A stretch of DNA of 64,000 nt from a virus (lineage: Duplodnaviria > Caudoviricetes), in IMG/VR virus record IMGVR_UViG_3300029305_005280. One strand, 5' to 3'. This document shows, piece by piece, positions 40,793 through 50,240 of the stretch (the first letter of the stretch is position 1; each line of letters starts with the position of its first letter). A model generated the notes under the pieces. That model did no database searches and had not been told where the DNA came from. It saw only the letters and a program-made list of their open reading frames with translations. The translations under genes and the position numbers were made by a program.

Positions 40793-43700
40793 ATGAAGAA
40801 TATAAATATCAGAGAAGCTTTACTTGAACTTGATAAAAGAACATCTTGTCAGTATGACCTTACAACTTTATATGAGGCCTGTAAGTTAAATGATGAGGAT
40901 AAAAATCAGTTAGTAAAGTATATTGATGCTTATGACCATCCTTCAGTCATTGGTGGCTTCCTTGCTTCTAAGTGTGAGGCATTATCAGAAGAGTTAGGTG
41001 ACGATGATGTTAGCGATTTAAAACTTATTGATGATATCAATTGTGGTGAAGACCATACTTTGTGGTCACTTGCTGATAAGCTTGAAGATGATGCACTTGA
41101 GTTAAAAGAGTTAACTGAAGATATTGCACCTGATGAGAAGGCTGCAATTGCAGGAAGAGTTAGAGAAGCTGCAACAGGTGTATTAGTTGGTAAACTTGGT
41201 TATGAAGAAGACTTTGTTGACAACTATATGACTATCGATGTTGATGATATAGATGATAATACACGTATAAAAGTTGAGGTAAGAGCTGAAGTTGACTATG
41301 ATGGTCTTATGACACTCGGGCAAGCACTTGACCCTATTGTTAAAGAGTATGATAAGAATGCTTACTTTGAACCCGTTACCTCAGGTATCATGTCTGCTTA
41401 TATCCGTAAGGACCAAAGTGATGATATTCCTGATGAAGTTGCAGTAAAAGAATGGACCGACAGATTCAATGCTTGTCAAACCAAAGATGATGTTATAGCA
41501 GTTTACAGAGATTTAATTAAAGTAAGAGACAACAATGAGGTAACATGGGGTACAATCGAAGCAATCTATGATGTTATTGATGCTAAGATGGATTCACTTG
41601 GTGAATCATTAAATGAAGCATTATTCACAGTTCCAACTGATTATGAAGATTATTGTCCCTACTGTGCAACAAGAGCACTTAAAGGTGTAGGTGATGGTCG
41701 TGCTATATGTGACTCCTGTGGTGCTGAATATGAAGTGACTGCATTAGGTAATGACAAAGTTAGACTTGACCCTCTTTTTATTAGTGAAGCAGTAACTTAT
41801 CCAAATGGTGTAGAGTGCAGAGATGATTCAGTGGATATGGATAAAGCGCTTGATTACATGTTTGGCACTGACAGGGACACAGATAATAGTCATTACACTG
41901 AACAGGAAAAACAGAGAGCAGTTAACTACTGGATGGATAAACATGACCCTCGTCCTGATGGTAAATCATACATGACAGAGTCCACTCTTATCACTCCTGT
42001 TCGTAATGGTTATCATAATCTATGGAATATATCTGATAATCTTGTAGTACACGATGACGGTGGTGTCTATCATGTTGTACAAAAAGATGGATGGAAGAAT
42101 ACATATATATTTAATAGTGCTGATATTGAGGAAGTTAATGACTTCTTGATGGCACATTATGATGTTGCATTAGCAAGAGCTAATCCTACTGAGAAAGAAG
42201 ACAAAGAAAATGCAAGATTAACTGACGAAGAAAGAAATGAATTAATCAATATTGTAGCAATGTCATTTGAGACAGGACATTTTTCATTTGATAACTTTGA
42301 AGATTTTAAGAATGAATGTTCACATATGACTAATCTTGAAGCTGCTTGGGCATATTACAATGAATTAGTTAATATGGGTCCTGCAGGATTCTATGAAGAA
42401 TTCAAAGATGTATATGATTTTGATGATATGTTTGTTTCAGAATATGGTGTCAATGAATCAATTGAAGATAATTCTGAATGGTTTGTTGGAGATGGCGAAA
42501 CAGGACATATGTACAAAGGTAAAGATGCTGCTCAAAAAGCGTATAATAATCTTGTTAAGTCAGGTGTTAAAGATGCAGTTATGCATCCCGCAGTTGAAGA
42601 ATCATTGGTTGAAGGTGACCAGCTTGATTCTAAATTTGCAGATGAAAGATATGAATTTGCTCCTCAAGATGGTGTAACATATAAAAGTTATATCGGAGAT
42701 AAGGAAGTGCCTTATGAGACCTATGAGGATGCAAAAGCACACTTAAAAGATGATTTTAAAATCACTGATTATAGAGCAGATTTACAACAGTTTTTAACTG
42801 ATAATGATTGTCATCACACAGTAGATGAAACAACTGATGGTAGATTAGTTATTTCTATTAACTGGGGTGATTGGAAACACGACCACATGATGGTTGATGC
42901 TCTTGTTGATGAATTCTTTAATAGTAAAGGATTAGTTGTTAAGACTCAGAAAGAGACAACTGAAGAAGATGGTAGTGATACTTATTCTGCAGAACACTAT
43001 TATGATATAGATAGTTTGTATTTTAAGAGAGTTCCTGTTGAAGAAGCATTTGATGTTGACAAGGTAGCAAAAAGAATTGCTCGTCATAATGAATTTGATA
43101 ATGGTCATGTATTGCACAATTATGAAAGAATGACTTCCGCAGAAGCAGAAGAAAAGGCAAGACTTGCATCCATTGAAGACCCTGACGATATTTACTATGT
43201 GTCTTATGATAATATAATGAATCCTTCTTCAGACATCAAATGGAAAAATGGACAACAGTTAACTGAAACAGTTGATGACGATGCTCAATATGGTGTACAT
43301 TCATTCTCACAGGATGCTATTATCTTTAGAGGCACTGAAGAAGAATGTGGTAAGTATATTGACCAGCACAAAGAGTTATGGGACGATGCAGAAGTATATA
43401 GAATGACTCCTGACGACCTTCACTATAGAAAAGAAGAGAAACTAACATTGTCTGAATCAGACGACACTGATATTCTTTACAATACAGAAGAGCCAGATGA
43501 TTATGATGGTATTGAAGCAGGCCATCAATTTATTGAAGATGGTCATGAATGGACTTTATTCAAACAATGTGGCGAAACTGTTCACTTAGATTTCGATAAT
43601 TGGGCTGTATGGTGGGCCTATAGACCAGAAATTGATGGTGACGAAAATAGCACTGCAATCAGTGGATTCTTTGTAATTGATGTTGATACAGGATTTATTG

Positions 43701-45400
43701 ATTGGGGTCCTTGTGATACTGTTGAAGAAGCACAACAATTCTTACAGTCTAAAGTAGATGACTATAGTATGGACGAAGCTATTGAACCAGAAAAAGTTTT
43801 TGATAAAGATGGCAATGAAATTGAACCTCCTCTCGGAAGATGTAAATGTGGTAAAGCACTAGTTGCCGGAGAGGGTGAAGAACCTCATTGCCCTAAGTGT
43901 GGTAATTCTATTAGTGAGTCAATCAATGTTGGAGACAAAGTTAAGGTAACAACTCCAGGTAATAATCATTATGACGGTCGCACTGGTGTAGTTGATTATG
44001 CTGAAGATGGAATCGTAACTATAAAGTTTGATGATGATAAGTCACCAAAATTAAATAACTTTGATTTAAATCAAGTTACTAAAATTGATGAATCTAAATC
44101 TATTAAAGAGGATTTAGAAACATTTAATTCACTTAAACAAAAACTTGCAGACGGTGCATTTGATAACTATGTAGCTTATGATAGTGAATATAGCGATTTC
44201 ATAGATGCCTTGTATAATGATGCAGTTGCAAAGCTTGAAAAAGAATACAAAGATTTATATATTGAACCATCTATCCAGAATGGTAGAGGTAGTGTATTTG
44301 CTTCATATGATGTTGATGGAGAAACATATCGCTGTAATTGGAATTACGAATATGAATGCGAAGCAATTGAGGAATATATTGCTGAATCAAACAACGAAGA
44401 AGAATTTGTAAATCATATGTATAATTATCTAAAAGGAAAGCTTGAGGATGCATCAACAGGCGAAGATGATTATGATGACTATGATGAATCTCTTGCAAAA
44501 CCACAAGAATTAGACGAAGGTCTATTTGACGATGATTTCTCTGACGAAGAAATTGCATCAGTTTTGGGTGGAGATACAAAAAATGATACACCTGATGGAT
44601 TAGAAACTCCAAGTGAAACAGAAGCTCGCTTAAAATCAATGAATGAGGAAACAGATGTTACTGATGTAGCAACTGCAACACTTGAAGGTCCTGAGGAAGG
44701 AGCAGCTGCTGGAGTAGCTTCTTTGATAAATGATGCTATTCAAGATGAATTAAAAACAGCAGATGAATATAATGCAATTTCAATTACTGCAAAAGCAGAA
44801 GGTCACGAAGACATTGCTGCAGTAATTGATGAAATAAATACTGAGGAACATAAACATATTGGTCAGCTTGAAAAAGCACTTGAAAAAGTTGCACCTAATG
44901 CTGAAGCAATCGAAGTTGGTAAGGTTGAAGGTGAACAGCAACTTGGTGAAGTAACAGACGCAGTTGTTGTTAAAGAAGGTATTCAACCAAATGACCTTGC
45001 AGCAAATGTTGAGGATGCATTTGTAAGAGATGAATTAGATTTGTTTGTTGCTGATGCATTAAGTGATGGTTCTGCAACTGAGGAAACCCTACTTACTATT
45101 GCAAATGATTCCTCTAATATCGAATTAGACGATATGAAAAAAGCAATAAATGCTTATAAAGAGTCATTAGATACTAATAATTCTAACAGTACATTAAATA
45201 ATAATAGTGATAAAGATGTATTGGAGGAATCAGAAGTGACAGAGTCTTGGGAAAAGATTTATCAATCATTCAAAACCATTGAGAAAGAATTAAATCAAGA
45301 TGGTGAAGCAGTAACAGCAGTTATTGATAAAATGTATCAAGATAATAAAGATGACCCTGATTACCAGAAAGCTTACGACAAGTGGGCAAGTGGTGAATAA
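40793..45400 (+). CDS. Very acidic multidomain protein, putative processed head/internal polyprotein
   Basis: 1535 aa; many hydrophobic-x-E-(S/A/G/D/T) sites; two Zn ribbons, an SH3/KOW-like segment, and a C-terminal ferritin-like helix pair (IQDE...EEHKH). Confidence 0.6.
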   Translation: MKNINIREALLELDKRTSCQYDLTTLYEACKLNDEDKNQLVKYIDAYDHPSVIGGFLASKCEALSEELGDDDVSDLKLIDDINCGEDHTLWSLADKLEDDALELKELTEDIAPDEKAAIAGRVREAATGVLVGKLGYEEDFVDNYMTIDVDDIDDNTRIKVEVRAEVDYDGLMTLGQALDPIVKEYDKNAYFEPVTSGIMSAYIRKDQSDDIPDEVAVKEWTDRFNACQTKDDVIAVYRDLIKVRDNNEVTWGTIEAIYDVIDAKMDSLGESLNEALFTVPTDYEDYCPYCATRALKGVGDGRAICDSCGAEYEVTALGNDKVRLDPLFISEAVTYPNGVECRDDSVDMDKALDYMFGTDRDTDNSHYTEQEKQRAVNYWMDKHDPRPDGKSYMTESTLITPVRNGYHNLWNISDNLVVHDDGGVYHVVQKDGWKNTYIFNSADIEEVNDFLMAHYDVALARANPTEKEDKENARLTDEERNELINIVAMSFETGHFSFDNFEDFKNECSHMTNLEAAWAYYNELVNMGPAGFYEEFKDVYDFDDMFVSEYGVNESIEDNSEWFVGDGETGHMYKGKDAAQKAYNNLVKSGVKDAVMHPAVEESLVEGDQLDSKFADERYEFAPQDGVTYKSYIGDKEVPYETYEDAKAHLKDDFKITDYRADLQQFLTDNDCHHTVDETTDGRLVISINWGDWKHDHMMVDALVDEFFNSKGLVVKTQKETTEEDGSDTYSAEHYYDIDSLYFKRVPVEEAFDVDKVAKRIARHNEFDNGHVLHNYERMTSAEAEEKARLASIEDPDDIYYVSYDNIMNPSSDIKWKNGQQLTETVDDDAQYGVHSFSQDAIIFRGTEEECGKYIDQHKELWDDAEVYRMTPDDLHYRKEEKLTLSESDDTDILYNTEEPDDYDGIEAGHQFIEDGHEWTLFKQCGETVHLDFDNWAVWWAYRPEIDGDENSTAISGFFVIDVDTGFIDWGPCDTVEEAQQFLQSKVDDYSMDEAIEPEKVFDKDGNEIEPPLGRCKCGKALVAGEGEEPHCPKCGNSISESINVGDKVKVTTPGNNHYDGRTGVVDYAEDGIVTIKFDDDKSPKLNNFDLNQVTKIDESKSIKEDLETFNSLKQKLADGAFDNYVAYDSEYSDFIDALYNDAVAKLEKEYKDLYIEPSIQNGRGSVFASYDVDGETYRCNWNYEYECEAIEEYIAESNNEEEFVNHMYNYLKGKLEDASTGEDDYDDYDESLAKPQELDEGLFDDDFSDEEIASVLGGDTKNDTPDGLETPSETEARLKSMNEETDVTDVATATLEGPEEGAAAGVASLINDAIQDELKTADEYNAISITAKAEGHEDIAAVIDEINTEEHKHIGQLEKALEKVAPNAEAIEVGKVEGEQQLGEVTDAVVVKEGIQPNDLAANVEDAFVRDELDLFVADALSDGSATEETLLTIANDSSNIELDDMKKAINAYKESLDTNNSNSTLNNNSDKDVLEESEVTESWEKIYQSFKTIEKELNQDGEAVTAVIDKMYQDNKDDPDYQKAYDKWASGE

Positions 45401-45537
45401 GAATTTAAAAACAAATATTACTTATTGTATTAAATTATGATAAGTAATATTTGTTTACTTGCATGAGATAAAGCAAACTGCATTTGTTTGCCATTTAATG
45501 ACAAATTAACTAATTATTAAATAGGGAGATATCCGAG

Positions 45538-45912
45538 ATGGAAAAGACGATTGAAAATGCAATTTTAGAGTGCAAATTACAAAGTGATAAAAGATGGGCC
45601 CAAATGGAGTTAGAAATCCAAAAGGTCAAAGATGATATACATAATATAATCCATAGCGACCTCAAGACAATGGAAGCTCGCTTAAATAAACAAGCAGCTA
45701 TGGTTGAAGATATCCAACAATTGTCATTAAATGTTGCCTCATTATCACAAAATATGCAACAGATGTTAGAAGAAATGAAAAGTCAGAATACAAGGTTAAA
45801 TAATCTTGAACAAAAACCTATAAAAAGATGGGATGGCATTCTCGACACAGTTATTAAAATTGTTTTAACTGCTGCTGTTGGTGTTATTCTTGTAAAGATT
45901 GGTTTACAATAA
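45538..45912 (+). CDS. Coiled-coil protein with a C-terminal TM (XhlA/holin-associated type)
   Basis: Heptad repeats, then KPIKRWD...VLTAAVGVILVKIGL. Confidence 0.6.
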   Translation: MEKTIENAILECKLQSDKRWAQMELEIQKVKDDIHNIIHSDLKTMEARLNKQAAMVEDIQQLSLNVASLSQNMQQMLEEMKSQNTRLNNLEQKPIKRWDGILDTVIKIVLTAAVGVILVKIGLQ

Positions 45913-45982
45913 TTTGATAGTTGACTTTTTTATACATATATAATATAATAGTTGTATTACATAAAGCGGAGGAAGTACATAC

Positions 45983-47098
45983 ATGAAGTTTAAACCTTAT
46001 AAGATTAGTCCTCTAAATGAGTCACTGTTAGGTAATACCAATATGGAATACCCATCAGATGACATTGAGGTAAAAGGTGCTGTCCCTGTTGACTTTGCTG
46101 CAGCTATTGATGAACATCAGAAGAGAGTAGAAAAGAATAAAGAAACTTTCAAAGAGTTCAAAAAGAAAGCAGAAGAATTTGTTGAAGAAAATCACAACAG
46201 AGAAGTCAAAGGAGAGACAACAGCAGAGATGAAGGAATTGAAATTATCAGAAGCATTGTTTGAAGATGCTGCAGAAGGCAAGTTTGATAAATACATTGGT
46301 CAATTTGGTTCTGGTCCTTGTGCTCCTATCAGTCATCTTACATACTGGAAAAGACATCTTGATGATGCCGCTAAACATTTGAAAGATGAAAGATTTGGAG
46401 AGACGGCTGAAAAAGAAGTTGCAGAAGCACTTGATAACATTAAAGCTAATCTTCAAGAATTTATTGACTTTAATACATATTGGACTAAACATTATGAACT
46501 TGTTAGACAAGCATTCAATCAAGTTCTTGAAAATGCAGATGTTAAGATGGGTATGCCTGAGTCACTTGTTGATGTAGATGTCCCTATCACAGCAAATGTA
46601 ACTGCAAATGGTAACAGCGTTCCATTCATGAATGGTGGTGTAAAGACTGAAGATGTTGACCCTGACTTCTTTGAAGTCAATGAAGATGACATTCTAACAG
46701 AAGCCCCTGTAGCAGTTATGGAACCTGAGGTAAAGAAAAAGAGAACCAGAGGTCCTAATGAAAAACCTGATATTGCTGATTATAGTTCGGAAGACTTGTG
46801 GTATGCAGTATATGATGAACTTTCTGCAACAACAGACAACGAAGGTGAAGGTAAAACAGTTAATAAACAGTTAAAGGCACGCAGAGGAGAAAGATATGAG
46901 CAAGTATATCCTCATGGTGACACCGATTTAATTGTTTATGCAATGAAGCCTGAAGACTTTGAGTTTGCTAAGAAAGTTGCAGACCATTATGGAGTTGTAG
47001 CAGAGGAACCAAAAGAGGATAGAAATCCTGCAACAAATGGATATTACAGATACTCAATGGTTATTAGAATTCCTGCAGATGAGCTCTATACATACTAA
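45983..47098 (+). CDS. Acidic putative internal head protein
   Basis: LNES, LSEA, MPES, LTEA putative protease sites. Confidence 0.5.
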   Translation: MKFKPYKISPLNESLLGNTNMEYPSDDIEVKGAVPVDFAAAIDEHQKRVEKNKETFKEFKKKAEEFVEENHNREVKGETTAEMKELKLSEALFEDAAEGKFDKYIGQFGSGPCAPISHLTYWKRHLDDAAKHLKDERFGETAEKEVAEALDNIKANLQEFIDFNTYWTKHYELVRQAFNQVLENADVKMGMPESLVDVDVPITANVTANGNSVPFMNGGVKTEDVDPDFFEVNEDDILTEAPVAVMEPEVKKKRTRGPNEKPDIADYSSEDLWYAVYDELSATTDNEGEGKTVNKQLKARRGERYEQVYPHGDTDLIVYAMKPEDFEFAKKVADHYGVVAEEPKEDRNPATNGYYRYSMVIRIPADELYTY

Positions 47099-47197
47099 TT
47101 AAATCAAGTAGTTAATAGTTAAGAGGACAGTTGTTACAAACAGCAGCTGTCCTCTTTTATTGTATATAAATACGAATAATATAAAGGAGAAGATAAA

Positions 47198-47815
47198 ATG
47201 GGAATGTTTGATAATTACGATAAACTTAACCCCGATTACATACCTGATAATACTTCTCCTGAGCAGTCACATGATTATGCAACTTTTAAAAATGAGCTCC
47301 CGAGAGTATCATATAATATAAAAGGTAATCCTATTGGCCTATCTTGGTGCTATGGTGATGAATTTGAGCTCAAGTTTACTGCAAAACAAAAAATAAAAGT
47401 TGCAGAAAATTCAATCGTATATACGACTGCTGACGAAGCACCTGGTTATGATACCGAAGGTGTGGCAGGTCAACAAGCATATAACACTGTTGATTGTAAA
47501 TCATGGACCTGCGTGGGAGTTAGTTCAGGACATTATATCTGGATTGAAGACGATGATGTTATCTACTCTTTACAAGGCACAAAAGAAATTGAAATGATTC
47601 CTGATATGGAAGGTAAAACACTTGTTGTTGACATCTATAATTTTAGATGGGAACCCGTGCATTCCATTAGTGCTTTAAGTGCAACGGACGTTTCATTGTA
47701 TCTTAATAAGGACCTTAGTGAAATATTTAAGCCTGGTGCATACTATAGTGTACTAAAGATACAAGGTGAAGAGGACGTCATTGTTAGAGATAAAGTAATG
47801 CTAATTGTTGAATAG
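47198..47815 (+). CDS. Putative virion/baseplate-associated protein
   Basis: First gene of the fibre operon; beta-rich; similar in style to the next ORF. Confidence 0.55.
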   Translation: MGMFDNYDKLNPDYIPDNTSPEQSHDYATFKNELPRVSYNIKGNPIGLSWCYGDEFELKFTAKQKIKVAENSIVYTTADEAPGYDTEGVAGQQAYNTVDCKSWTCVGVSSGHYIWIEDDDVIYSLQGTKEIEMIPDMEGKTLVVDIYNFRWEPVHSISALSATDVSLYLNKDLSEIFKPGAYYSVLKIQGEEDVIVRDKVMLIVE

Positions 47816-48338
47816 GAGGATTGTTGTGCGTATTGAGCCAGAAAATGGAATAGTAGAATTGATGCGTGGTGATACTCTTATTATGCCAATTTATATCAAT
47901 GCTGGAACAAAGTTATGTCCTAAATACAGACCGCTTGCTGCAACAGAACGATTATATTTTGCATTGATGGAACCAAATCAAGCATTTGAAGATGCAGTGT
48001 TAAAAAAAGTTATTGATTTCACTGCAGACACTGATAAAGATGGTAACCCACTATTGAGACTTAATCCAGTTGATACCGAAAAATTATTAGTAGGTAAGTA
48101 TTACTATATGGTTAAGTTAAGAACAATTGATGCTTTTGGGCAGGAAGTTGTTAGAACAATAGTTTCACCAACACTCTTTTGGCTTCAAGGGAACAATGTT
48201 GAACCTAAAGATGATGTTTATTATGATGACGATAAATATGACATTGAAAAAGTTATCTTTGAGGGTGGAGAGATTGTAGCACCTGATGAAGATATCAAAG
48301 ATGATACAATTATAGACGAAGGTGGAGAAATCATCTAA
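47805..48338 (+). CDS. BppU-like fibre-attachment protein (start uncertain)
   Basis: LMRGDT...L.L.P.DTEKL..GKYYYMVKL; C-terminal FEGG/DEGG peptides. Confidence 0.6.
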   Translation: MLNRRIVVRIEPENGIVELMRGDTLIMPIYINAGTKLCPKYRPLAATERLYFALMEPNQAFEDAVLKKVIDFTADTDKDGNPLLRLNPVDTEKLLVGKYYYMVKLRTIDAFGQEVVRTIVSPTLFWLQGNNVEPKDDVYYDDDKYDIEKVIFEGGEIVAPDEDIKDDTIIDEGGEII

Positions 48339-48745
48339 TGGCAGAAAAAGTTATTCAACATACATACAAGTTAAAAGGTGGAGAACAAGCTGCCGTTGAA
48401 CGAGCTAATCCTTTTCTAGAACGCCGTGAACCTTGCGTTGTTTACTGTACTGACGGTAAAACAAGAATGAAAATTGGTGACGGCGTTCATCATTATCTTG
48501 ATTTAGATTGGGTTGGTGGTGACGGCGATTCACAAAAAGAGGTTCTCAATTTTAAAACAAAACAAAATTTTCCTAATATTGGTGATGCTAATGTTATTTA
48601 TAAAGTCGAAAATGAAGCAAAACTGTATCAATGGAATTCATTAAAATTAGTTTATGAACCTTTAGATAATGTTGATGTAGAGGTCGATATTGGTGATATT
48701 GAAATTATCAGTGGTGGTCAAGCATCAGATTTGATAAAGGTGTAA
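48338..48745 (+). CDS. Tail-fibre adaptor with an Mtd-N/hyaluronidase-N-like domain
   Basis: NPFL..REP......KIGDG...Y.DL; C-terminal ISGG. Confidence 0.7.
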   Translation: MAEKVIQHTYKLKGGEQAAVERANPFLERREPCVVYCTDGKTRMKIGDGVHHYLDLDWVGGDGDSQKEVLNFKTKQNFPNIGDANVIYKVENEAKLYQWNSLKLVYEPLDNVDVEVDIGDIEIISGGQASDLIKV

Positions 48746-48779
48746 TAATGTCAAATATAATATGAAAGGAATAAATTGA

Positions 48780-50225
48780 ATGGCAACAAACATTTTAACC
48801 ACTAAGATTCTTTTACTTAATGGTACACAGGCTGATTGGGAATCCTTAAAAAGTTATGTGCTTTCAAAAGGTGAGCCTGCAGTTGAGTTTGTTCCTGCAG
48901 TAGGTAGTGCTAGCACTACCTTAACGGAAGTTAAGGTAAAAATCGGCGACGGTTTTACTGCTTATGAAGCATTACCCTATGTAGGTGGAAAAACTGCAGA
49001 CGATTTAGCAGAACTTGTACTTAGAGTAAATGGTCTTGAGACAAGAATTGAAACTCTTGAGACAACTGTTAGTGAACTTGGTAATGCTGTGTTCCAAATC
49101 AATGCTACTGATTTAGTTGATGTTGAGGGAACAACAGAAGCAGATAAGATTGTAAGTTATTTAACTGCACAAGACACAGAGTTAGTTCTTAAAGAAGGTA
49201 ATATTGCTATTGTTAAAACTATTATAAATGAACAGTATACAACAGCGGATGGCAAAACTATTGCTGAACATGATAGTTATACTGGATATGTTTACAATGG
49301 TACCGCTTTTGTTGCAATGGATGGCAATTACAATGCAGAAAATGTTATTCTAAATGAAGATTTAACATATACTGCAAGTATTGGTGTTAAGACAGTTCCT
49401 TCTTCTGGCTCAGGTACAATTGAAGCAAAAGGTAAAAGTATTGAGGACGTTCTTAAAGCAATTTTGGCTGAGAGAAAAACTCCCTCAACTACAGACCCAA
49501 CTGTTACTCTTAACTCTTCCAATATTGGTGCAAAAGAAGTTGGTACAAACATTGCAGTTGCATATAGCTTTAGTACAACAAGTGGTAGTTATACATATGA
49601 TTCAAGCACTGGCGTAACATTTAGCGACGCTAAAGCAACATTTAATGGAGAAGAAAAAACAGGAACATCAGGTACATTCTCAAGTGTACAAGTTACAGAC
49701 AGCACAAGTCTTAAGATTACAGGTTCTATTGAACAGAGTGAAGGTATCATTCCTCATGATAATCTTGGTGATGAATATGCTGACGGACAAATTGAGTCTA
49801 AATCTTGGACAGGTTTAACCAAGGGTACTCTTAGTGGATATCGTGCTTGGTTCTGCGGATATAAAAATGGTGACAATGCAATCAAAAATCCTGACACAGG
49901 TGCAGCAGATGCCACACTTATTACTGGTGACCAAATAAGAGCTCTCGGTAATAGTGCAAACGGAAGTTGGAAATCTTCAATGGATGTTGCTCAAATGCAA
50001 CAGATGTTCTTTGCAGCTCCCGCAGGTAAAGGTTATAAACCTGCTGTTGCTGACTCAAAAACTACAGCTCCTCAAACTGTATTAGGTCCTATCACAGTTT
50101 ATGTTAAAGGTGCTAATAATTATGTTACTGAGGATGCACCTAATGGAATTGCATATGATGTTTGGTATGTTAACAACACTTCCGCAGCTGCTGGTAGTGC
50201 AACATTAACAATCAAGAGAGCTTAA
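48780..50225 (+). CDS. Tail fibre protein
   Basis: N-terminal LSKGEP..KIGDG domain, coiled coil, Ig-like C-terminus. Confidence 0.75.
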   Translation: MATNILTTKILLLNGTQADWESLKSYVLSKGEPAVEFVPAVGSASTTLTEVKVKIGDGFTAYEALPYVGGKTADDLAELVLRVNGLETRIETLETTVSELGNAVFQINATDLVDVEGTTEADKIVSYLTAQDTELVLKEGNIAIVKTIINEQYTTADGKTIAEHDSYTGYVYNGTAFVAMDGNYNAENVILNEDLTYTASIGVKTVPSSGSGTIEAKGKSIEDVLKAILAERKTPSTTDPTVTLNSSNIGAKEVGTNIAVAYSFSTTSGSYTYDSSTGVTFSDAKATFNGEEKTGTSGTFSSVQVTDSTSLKITGSIEQSEGIIPHDNLGDEYADGQIESKSWTGLTKGTLSGYRAWFCGYKNGDNAIKNPDTGAADATLITGDQIRALGNSANGSWKSSMDVAQMQQMFFAAPAGKGYKPAVADSKTTAPQTVLGPITVYVKGANNYVTEDAPNGIAYDVWYVNNTSAAAGSATLTIKRA

Positions 50226-50240
50226 GGGAGGTAATACATA

